A DNA stretch of 53,286 nt, the filler included, from Limisphaerales bacterium (lineage in GTDB: Bacteria > Verrucomicrobiota > Verrucomicrobiia > Limisphaerales > SIBE01): assembly GCA_044225505.1 (NCBI GenBank). It is 2 parts of 2 records of this genome, joined end to end, with 100 filler letters (N's around TTAATTAATTAA, not from the genome) between each part and the next. Parts side by side here need not be neighbours in the genome. Positions count along the whole stretch, not along the records: positions 26,804 to 53,286 come from JBGAIN010000115.1; 1 more part is not named here. One strand, 5' to 3'. Positions 46,449 to 53,286 of the stretch are shown here, piece after piece. The number at the start of each line of letters is the position of its first letter. The first letter of the stretch is position 1. A model generated the notes under the pieces. The model saw nothing but the letters and a program-made list of their open reading frames with translations. It searched no databases and had not been told where the DNA came from. Both the position numbers and the translations under genes were made by a program.

Positions 46449-47579
46449 ATGCAAACGCCCCTGGCCACACAACGCCACAGTGTAGCACAAAGGCTGATCT
46501 GCGCATTGGCTCTTTGCTCGGCTCTAAACCACGCCATGTCCGCCCCAATCCCCTCGCCTAATTGGAAACGTTGGCTCGAGAACGCTCCTCCCGTCCCGGA
46601 ATTCACCATTCCCACTTCGCGGGCCGACTGGGAAAACCAACGCGAACAAATTCGAGCCCGGCTCTGGAGCTTGCTGGGACGCTTGCCGCCACGCCCAGCA
46701 CGCCCGACCGTCCAGACGCTCTCCCGCAACGAGAGCGAACTCTATATTACGGAACGGTTTCGCTTCGACAACGGAGCCGGTGCCACCGTCCCAGGCTATC
46801 TGATCTTGCCGAAAGGCAAGACCACCAGAATCCCGGCCATCCTCTATTGCCATTGGCACGGTGGCCAGTATGACAATGGCAAAGAGGAGATTTTTCGCTC
46901 CGAACACACCCCGGCGCCACCGGCGGCAACCTTTGCAGAACGCGGATATGCCCTGATTGTTATCGATGCCTATTGTTTCGGAGAACGAAACGGCGAAGGC
47001 CCAGGCGGTCCGGCCGAGAAAGGATCATCGGCCGAACTGACCGCTAGCAAATTCAACCTGTGGGTTGGGCGAACCCTTTGGGGCATGATTCTCCGGGACG
47101 ATTTGATGGCGCTGGATTACCTGGTCTCACGCCCTGAAATCGATACCAACCGAATCGCCGTCACGGGAATTAGCATGGGGGCGACACGGTCATGGTGGCT
47201 AATGGCTTTGGATGACCGCCTTCGAACTGGAGTTGCGGTCGATTGCCTGACGCGATATCAGGACCTGATAGCTCAGGAGCAGCTCAAAGCCCACGGGATT
47301 TATTACTACGTTCCCGGCCTCCTGAACTACTTCGACACCGAAGCGGTGGTCGCTCTGGCCGCACCGCGACCGATGCTCTTTCAAACGGGCGATCGTGATG
47401 ACGGCTCTCCTGTCTCGGGCATCCGCGTCATCGAGGCCAAAGTGAGGCCTGTCTACCAACTCTACGATGCTGCACCGCAATTCCAGAGCATCGTCTATCC
47501 CGAGACCGGCCACGTTTACTTACCGGAGATGTGGCAAAAAACCTTGTCTTGGATCGACGCGCAGTTGGCCGTGAAGTAA
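46449..47579 (+). CDS. Secreted alpha/beta hydrolase (dienelactone hydrolase/acetyl esterase-like)
   Basis: Motifs PAILYCHWHGG, IDAYCFGER, GISMG (nucleophile elbow), GDRD and TGH. The 46380 start lies inside the MITE, so ATG 46449 is preferred. Confidence 0.88.
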   Translation: MQTPLATQRHSVAQRLICALALCSALNHAMSAPIPSPNWKRWLENAPPVPEFTIPTSRADWENQREQIRARLWSLLGRLPPRPARPTVQTLSRNESELYITERFRFDNGAGATVPGYLILPKGKTTRIPAILYCHWHGGQYDNGKEEIFRSEHTPAPPAATFAERGYALIVIDAYCFGERNGEGPGGPAEKGSSAELTASKFNLWVGRTLWGMILRDDLMALDYLVSRPEIDTNRIAVTGISMGATRSWWLMALDDRLRTGVAVDCLTRYQDLIAQEQLKAHGIYYYVPGLLNYFDTEAVVALAAPRPMLFQTGDRDDGSPVSGIRVIEAKVRPVYQLYDAAPQFQSIVYPETGHVYLPEMWQKTLSWIDAQLAVK

Positions 47580-47709
47580 AGGGTCGATGCACGAACTTGC
47601 CGGTAGCCCTACCCCATCGGCTTCCGTTGCACGCAGCCCTTCCAGGCGGCCACGGATGGCCGCCGCGGCCGGCGGAAATAAGGACAGCTCAAGTTACGCC
47701 GAAAAACGT

Positions 47710-48063
47710 CTAAGGAACTCTCAGGGCCTTTGCGGGCGGCACCTGGGCCGCTCCGGGGTTCTTCCCCATGCCCGCGTTTCCATCGTCCCGCTTCGCAACC
47801 TCGACGATGGCCTCTTTGGCCATCTCAACGGCGTTAAAACATTCCAACACCGAAGGACCTTCGACCGTCAGGAATTGACTGCTCTCATCCCAGGCGTTCG
47901 TCTCGACAGACACAGAAACCGCATCCGAAGCTGCGCCCGACATCCGTCCCGCCTCAGCAGAAATTGAGGCGCATGAAAAACAGACGTTTGGATTAGCCGA
48001 TGGTGTTTGCTCTAACGGCTGCCCACAGCACCGACAGATCTTTGGAACCATTCCCCTGCCCAT
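47710..48063 (-). CDS. Small hypothetical protein with an N-terminal CxxC...CxxC motif
   Basis: KICRCCGQPL...NPNVCFSC; purine-rich GAGGT upstream (adjacent to ATG 48063; the alternative start is ATG 48051). Confidence 0.55.
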   Translation of the reverse strand: MGRGMVPKICRCCGQPLEQTPSANPNVCFSCASISAEAGRMSGAASDAVSVSVETNAWDESSQFLTVEGPSVLECFNAVEMAKEAIVEVAKRDDGNAGMGKNPGAAQVPPAKALRVP

Positions 48064-48268
48064 ACCTCAAACCCTTTTTTGACCTTTTACCTACCGAAGA
48101 CTATTGCCTACACTAATTCGGACTTCTGGCCGCGCAAGCATTTTCCAAGAGTCGCCGTCGAATTTCGCAAGGTTCTTGGCGGATCGCTCTAATCCCGCGG
48201 TTCCACACTCCAATTCGCACGCGCCAGACTTGACCAAGAACGTTTCTGCGACAATGCTCCGCCACCTT

Positions 48269-49915
48269 ATGCCCGAGCGCGCCGTTCGACCTTCCAGGGC
48301 CAATCAATGCAGGCTCTTGTCCCTGGGGATTTGCCTGATCCTCGGGCTCATGTCTCTGAGCCTCGCAGGCGAGAGTACCACGGTCCGCCGAGCGCTCGAC
48401 AACGTGCCGCCGCGACCGGCCCGCGAATTTCGAGGAGCTTGGATCGCCACCGTCGCGAACTTGGATTGGCCCTCTCGTCCTGGGCTTGCGACCGCCGTGC
48501 AAAAATCCGAACTGGTAGCGATCATCGAAAAGGCCGCTCAACTAAGGTTGAACGTCCTGATCTTCCAAGTCCGATCGGGCGCCGATGCCATGTATTCGTC
48601 CCCAATCGAGCCCTGGTCCGAGTTCTTGAGCGGCCAGATGGGGACGGCTCCCGACCCGCCTTATGATCCGCTGGCCTTCGCCATCGAGGAAGCCCATCGG
48701 CGCGGACTGGAGTTACATGCGTGGTTTAACCCGTTTCGAGTGCGATCGCCCGTTTTCAAATCCGGTGCCGCGACGAATCATTTGACACGGACTCGCCCGG
48801 AATGGGTCCGCAACTATGGAAGCCAGATCTGGCTTGACCCGGGCCTGTCCGCGGTGCGGGACCATGCCACTCGGGTCGTCCTGGACGTCGTCCAACGCTA
48901 CGATATCGATGGGGTGCATCTCGATGATTACTTTTATCCCTATCCCGAACGGAACACCGCCGGACAACTCCTCGAGTTCCCGGATGACATCAGCTGGCAA
49001 CGTTATCGCGCAGGAGGCGGGAAACTGGTTCGAGCGGACTGGCGCCGGAAAAACATCGACGACTTTATCGAGGCCCTGAATCGCCGGATCAAACTGGAGA
49101 AACGCTGGGTTAAACTGGGGATAAGCCCTTTTGGGATCTGGCGTTTAGGAGCCCCTGCGGGCGTCCGCCGTGGCTTAGACGCCTACGAGTATCTCTACGC
49201 GGATTCGCGAAAATGGCTGGCCCAAGGCTGGGCGGACTACTTTGCCCCTCAGCTTTATTGGAGCATCGAAAGCCCGGACCAGAGCTACAAGACTCTGGTG
49301 GAATGGTGGTCGTCGCAAAATACTCGATCGCGCCTGGTTTGTCCCGGCAACGATCTCACCAAAGTCGGCAGCGCCTGGCCGAGCAGCGAAATCCTTAAGC
49401 AAGTTCGACTCACTCGAAAACAGCGCGGTGCAACTGGGAACGTCTTTTGGAATATCAGCAGTCTCATTCGAAATCCGGATCGTCTGGCGGACTCGATCGT
49501 GCGAGAATTGTACACCGAGCCAGCTCTCGTCCCGGCAGCCAGCTGGCTGACCGACGGATTCCCAGACAAACCCAAACTTACCTTGGATTCGCCGGGTAAC
49601 TCCAAAGCCGGGAAAGTGACCTGGGGCAACGCGGGTCCCAGACCGGTTAGGCTCTGGGTTTGCCAAGTGCAACGAGGCGGAAAGTGGAGCACGGAACTGC
49701 TCCCCAAAGACCGAACGACTCTGCCACTTCCGGACCCCAAGTCACCGCAATATCCGGACGCTGTGGCGGTGACGGCGATCGATCGCTACGGCGGTGCAAG
49801 CCCCACGGCAGTCGTCTACCCAAAGCCCATCCAACTTCCCCCGCTCGAATCCCGCAAAGGCGATGCGGAAACAAATGCCCCGGCAAAACCGTCTGCACAG
49901 CTCAAACGCGACTAA
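48269..49915 (+). CDS. Glycoside hydrolase-like family 10 (GHL10/YddW/DigH-like) exported protein
   Basis: Motifs REFRGAWIATVANLDWPS, FQVR, YDPL, HAWFNPFR, LDPG, YDIDGVHLDDYFYPYP, GISPFGIW and DYFAPQLYW. Start uncertain (48254 or 48269). Confidence 0.9.
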   Translation: MPERAVRPSRANQCRLLSLGICLILGLMSLSLAGESTTVRRALDNVPPRPAREFRGAWIATVANLDWPSRPGLATAVQKSELVAIIEKAAQLRLNVLIFQVRSGADAMYSSPIEPWSEFLSGQMGTAPDPPYDPLAFAIEEAHRRGLELHAWFNPFRVRSPVFKSGAATNHLTRTRPEWVRNYGSQIWLDPGLSAVRDHATRVVLDVVQRYDIDGVHLDDYFYPYPERNTAGQLLEFPDDISWQRYRAGGGKLVRADWRRKNIDDFIEALNRRIKLEKRWVKLGISPFGIWRLGAPAGVRRGLDAYEYLYADSRKWLAQGWADYFAPQLYWSIESPDQSYKTLVEWWSSQNTRSRLVCPGNDLTKVGSAWPSSEILKQVRLTRKQRGATGNVFWNISSLIRNPDRLADSIVRELYTEPALVPAASWLTDGFPDKPKLTLDSPGNSKAGKVTWGNAGPRPVRLWVCQVQRGGKWSTELLPKDRTTLPLPDPKSPQYPDAVAVTAIDRYGGASPTAVVYPKPIQLPPLESRKGDAETNAPAKPSAQLKRD

Positions 49916-49966
49916 TCCAACCTCGTCTCCGAGAAAAGCCGCCATTTGCCCAGATTCGCCGGCCAC

Positions 49967-51799
49967 TCAGTCCTCGACCGGCACCACGAGATTGTCCATG
50001 ATGTAGTCTTTTCGTTCCGGCGTGTTTTTGCCCATGTAGAACTCGAGAATCGTCGCCGCGTCCGGTTTTGCCGCGTATTCCACTTGGCTTAGCCGCATCT
50101 CTGGTCCGATAAACTGTTTGAATTCGGTGGGATTGATTTCGCCAAGGCCCTTGAACCGAGTAATCTCGGCGCTCTTCCCCAGCTGCTTGGCAGCGGTGTC
50201 ACGCTCAGCCTCGGAGTAGCAATAAATCGTCTGTTCTTTGTTGCGCACTCGGAACAGCGGCGTTTCCAGCACAAATAGATGCCCGTCGTGCACGAGCTGG
50301 TCGAAGAACCTGAAGAAATAGGTGATCATCAAGTTGCGAATATGCAAGCCGTCCACATCCGCATCGGTCGCTAAAATGACCTTTTCGTAGCGCAACCCTT
50401 CGAGATTGTCTTCGATGTCGAGGCTGCGCATGAGATTGTACATCTCGTCATTCTTGTAAACAATATCCCGCTTAAGATCCCAAACGTTCAAAGGCTTGCC
50501 TTTCAACACAAAAATCGCCTGCGTATTCACATCGCGGCAACTTACAATCGAACCGGCCGCGGATTGCCCTTCCGTAATAAAGACCATGGATCCCTTCCCT
50601 TTCCCCTTGCCCTTGTCGAAGTGTACTTTGCAATCCTTCAGCTGAGGGATCCGGATGGTAATCGCTTTGGCACGCTCGCGCGCGAGTTTCTTGACCTCCT
50701 GCAACTCCTTGCGAAGTTGCTTGGTATCTTCGACTTTCGCGACGATCTTCTGCGCAACTTCTTTATTGCGATTGAAGAAGTGAAGCAATTCCTCGCGCAC
50801 CTGGTTCACCAAGTCGGAACGAATCTCGGTATTTCCCAATTTATTCTTGGTCTGCGATTCGAAGACGGGATCCTTTAGCCGAATCGCCACTGCGCCCACC
50901 ATGGCCTCACGGACATCATCGCCTTCGTATCCGGATTTCGAGTACTCGTTGACCGCTTTGAGAAGTCCTTCTCGAAATGCGCTCAGGTGCGTGCCTCCAT
51001 CCGAGGTGTACTGGCCGTTGACGAAGGAATAAAACGTCTCGCCGTACCGGCTGTTGCTATGGGTAAAACAGAACTCCAGCATCTTGCTGGAAAAGTGCAA
51101 CGGCGGGTAGATCGGCTCGCTTTGATCGGACGCGAGATCTTCCATCACCAAGTCGAGCAGTCCATTGCGCGATTGAAACGTCTTTCCGTTGAAGATGAGG
51201 CGCAGGCCCGCATTAAGATAGGAGTAATGCCGAAGTCGCCGTTCGATATGCTCGGCGCGGAACTCACTCTCCTTGAAGATCGTCGGGTCAGGCTCAAAAC
51301 GGATGAAGGTGCCATCCGGTTCACCGTTCGTTTTGCCATTCTTTTGGCTCTTCAGCAGGCCTTGCTTAAACGAGGCTTCCGCAAACTCCCCGCCGCGATG
51401 GCTGCGCACAAAGAAGTCTTTGGATAACGCGTTGACCGCCTTGGTCCCGACGCCATTGAGCCCGACGCTGAATTGAAAGACATCGTCGTTATATTTGGCG
51501 CCCGTGTTGATCTTCGAAACGCAGTCCACCACTTTGCCTAAAGGTATGCCACGCCCGTAATCACGCACCGAGACTTTCGTTCCCTCGATCTGAATCTGCA
51601 CCTCTTTGCCGTGTCCCATGATGAATTCATCGATGGCGTTATCGATGACTTCCTTCAACAGGATGTAGCAACCGTCGTCGTAATGTGTGCCATTGCCAAT
51701 TCGGCCAATGTACATCCCCGTTCGCAACCGAATATGCTCCAACGAAGAGAGCGTCTTGATTTTACTTTCGTCGTAATTATGTTTCCTGGGTTCCGACAT
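49967..51799 (-). CDS. parE: Type IIA topoisomerase B subunit, ParE-like (610 aa)
   Basis: EHIRLRTGMYIG, EVIDNAIDE, DYGRGIP, GLNGVG (GHKL); TEGQSA, LKGKPLN and TDADVDG (TOPRIM); RFKGLGE. Start ATG 51799. Confidence 0.88.
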   Translation of the reverse strand: MSEPRKHNYDESKIKTLSSLEHIRLRTGMYIGRIGNGTHYDDGCYILLKEVIDNAIDEFIMGHGKEVQIQIEGTKVSVRDYGRGIPLGKVVDCVSKINTGAKYNDDVFQFSVGLNGVGTKAVNALSKDFFVRSHRGGEFAEASFKQGLLKSQKNGKTNGEPDGTFIRFEPDPTIFKESEFRAEHIERRLRHYSYLNAGLRLIFNGKTFQSRNGLLDLVMEDLASDQSEPIYPPLHFSSKMLEFCFTHSNSRYGETFYSFVNGQYTSDGGTHLSAFREGLLKAVNEYSKSGYEGDDVREAMVGAVAIRLKDPVFESQTKNKLGNTEIRSDLVNQVREELLHFFNRNKEVAQKIVAKVEDTKQLRKELQEVKKLARERAKAITIRIPQLKDCKVHFDKGKGKGKGSMVFITEGQSAAGSIVSCRDVNTQAIFVLKGKPLNVWDLKRDIVYKNDEMYNLMRSLDIEDNLEGLRYEKVILATDADVDGLHIRNLMITYFFRFFDQLVHDGHLFVLETPLFRVRNKEQTIYCYSEAERDTAAKQLGKSAEITRFKGLGEINPTEFKQFIGPEMRLSQVEYAAKPDAATILEFYMGKNTPERKDYIMDNLVVPVED

Positions 51800-51913
51800 A
51801 TGCGCAGCAGTAATCATTGAGGCTGTCCCGCACTTTGCCAATAGCGAAATGATGGATTGGCTTTTCCAGGACATTTCCCACGGAATTTTTGATGGATCGT
51901 GCTATAGTTCGCC

Positions 51914-52474
51914 ATGGCGCCCCTTACGAGTTTGCCTGTAGCCCAGCCAAGCGAGTCGGCCAACCGAAGCCAAGCAGGCTCCGTCCGTGCCGAGCGGATC
52001 GCGTATCCCGAGAATCGTCGCTACCGACGGGTCCGAATGGTGAGCGTTCTGATGGACCAATGCATCGTTCTCCCGAGCGGCTATCGCATTGGGCTGGATC
52101 CGATCCTGGGACTTGTCCCTGGTTTGGGCGACGTCGTGACATCCCTGGTCTCTTGCTATTTGGTTTACGAGTGCGCGCTCCTGGGGTTGCCCAAACGCAT
52201 CTTGTTTCGAATGCTGGGGAATATCGCGGTGGAATCGTTAGCCGGATCGTTTCCCGTCATCGGCGACCTATTCGATGTCTTTTGGAAATCGAATATGCGC
52301 AACTTGCGACTATTAGATCAGCATTATCATCCCGCTCTGCCGGAACGCTCGGCGCGGCGGATGGCACTTTGGATGGCCGCATTTGCCGCTGGGCTCCTCC
52401 TCATGATGGGGGCAACATTCTATCTGATCGCCAAAATGCTGCTCTTTCTCGCCTCTTACCTCGTTCCGTTCTGA
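51914..52474 (+). CDS. DUF4112 domain membrane protein
   Basis: LMD...RIGLDPILGLVPGLGD...RMLGN...GSFPVIGDLFDVFWKSNMRN; extended -10 TGcTATAGT 5 nt before the ATG. Confidence 0.88.
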   Translation: MAPLTSLPVAQPSESANRSQAGSVRAERIAYPENRRYRRVRMVSVLMDQCIVLPSGYRIGLDPILGLVPGLGDVVTSLVSCYLVYECALLGLPKRILFRMLGNIAVESLAGSFPVIGDLFDVFWKSNMRNLRLLDQHYHPALPERSARRMALWMAAFAAGLLLMMGATFYLIAKMLLFLASYLVPF

Positions 52475-52518
52475 TTAACAGAGTCAGCAAGGCTCGATCC
52501 GCAAAGGCGCGTCTCTGG

Positions 52519-52836
52519 TTAGGGTTCGCCCGCCGGCGGCTTAGCCTCCAAGTGGACGATCGTCGCTCCCCATCCGCCAAACCCACCACTGGCCAATGCG
52601 AAGGAGGCGACCCCCGGCAACCTGGACAACACGGAATGGACCGTTCGCCGAAGGTTTCCAATCCCTTTGCCGTGGATTATCCGAACTCGCAGGATGCCTT
52701 TCAGGCGGCAAGCCTCGAGATAATCTGGGACAAGCTCCTTAATGACAGCTGGCGGAAACGCGTGCAGGTCCAACACACCGTCGATAGGCAAGTCGATCGG
52801 TTCATCCCCAAAAGGTTGCTCAAGTGGATCAGCCAT
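52519..52836 (-). CDS. Stand-alone Smr domain protein (MutS2 C-terminal-like)
   Basis: IDGVLDLHAF...VRIIHGKGIGNLRRTVHSVL...GGWGATIV. Confidence 0.9.
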   Translation of the reverse strand: MADPLEQPFGDEPIDLPIDGVLDLHAFPPAVIKELVPDYLEACRLKGILRVRIIHGKGIGNLRRTVHSVLSRLPGVASFALASGGFGGWGATIVHLEAKPPAGEP

Positions 52837-53286
52837 GGCCAAAGAATGGATCGTCACTCAGTTTGCTCTCGGAATTCTGATGGAGACCCGCCCGATCGCA
52901 GTCGGGCAACCGGAGCTGATCCGGGCCGGTGATCGAATCGGCAGTGGCACGTTACGAAGCCAGTCCGCGGTCGGCATGGTCCATCACTCTCAATTCACGC
53001 CCGGACGCCTGTTCGTCAACTACATTCCACTTTCTTTGAAATGATTCGTCTTGTAAGCTGACGCCAGACACAACGTAGGCTTGCCTCGACGGAATCCCGC
53101 CATCTGTCTGGCGTTAAGATTGGGTGGCACGGGCTCCCGAGGGTGGAGCATGCCAGGGAAACGGAGCGCAAGATCGGATCAAACGCAACCAGGCACCAAC
53201 ATTCAGCTGCGTCCAGATAGTCACCATGAACACCTCGCTTGCATCGACCGGATCACATCACAAACCTTCCGTTAAGATCGGCCCGA

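Noticed and set aside
46156..46485. Short ORFs 46156-46362 and 46270-46485, and the 46380 start of the hydrolase
   Set aside because: They lie in or start within the MITE and show no transposase or other motifs.
51889..52932. 347-aa plus-strand ORF
   Set aside because: It overlaps the well-supported DUF4112 gene (different frame) and Smr gene (antisense) and has an Arg/Pro-rich shadow composition.
53058..53275. Inverted repeat ACGCCAGACA...TGTCTGGCGT and the 64-aa ORF at the right edge
   Set aside because: A single ~10-bp stem and an ORF without motifs; not enough context at the window edge to support an RNA or gene call.

Overview
GC-rich bacterial window, probably Verrucomicrobiota (PVC superphylum); this is inferred from gene content and protein style. 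It is two pieces joined by an artificial 100-bp spacer (N44-TTAATTAATTAA-N44, 26704-26803), so synteny across that point cannot be trusted. The left piece holds a >=1585-aa secreted S8 protease with FG-GAP-like and Ig/cadherin-like repeats (missing from the ORF track because it runs off the edge), a class V aminotransferase, ruvX, FNR-like/gcvT/gcvH and a low-affinity iron permease. It also has an uncharacterised gene pair with MotA/ExbB-like and MotB/ExbD-like membrane motifs, MazG-like and RsmH-like genes, a lexA-imuA-imuB-dnaE2 cassette, and hisF-hisI-orf-trpE-pseudouridine synthase. The right piece holds a Gfo/Idh/MocA oxidoreductase, copA-glucose dehydrogenase-cyclase, a DUF5069-like gene and a 13-kb MoxR/DUF58/vWA operon with one gene split by a frameshift in a G-tract. 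It also has a 276-bp MITE, an alpha/beta hydrolase, a GHL10 glycoside hydrolase, a stand-alone parE-like gene, DUF4112 and Smr. Best leads: (1) the MotA/MotB-like pair with a long coiled coil and trypsin-like fold; (2) a non-canonical LexA box, CTACTC-N4-GAGTAG; (3) the structured IS630-like MITE; (4) a 4+4 inverted array of 11-bp repeats; (5) the MoxR-vWA operon. No rRNA, tRNA or CRISPR array was recognised. All family calls come from reading motifs, not from database searches.
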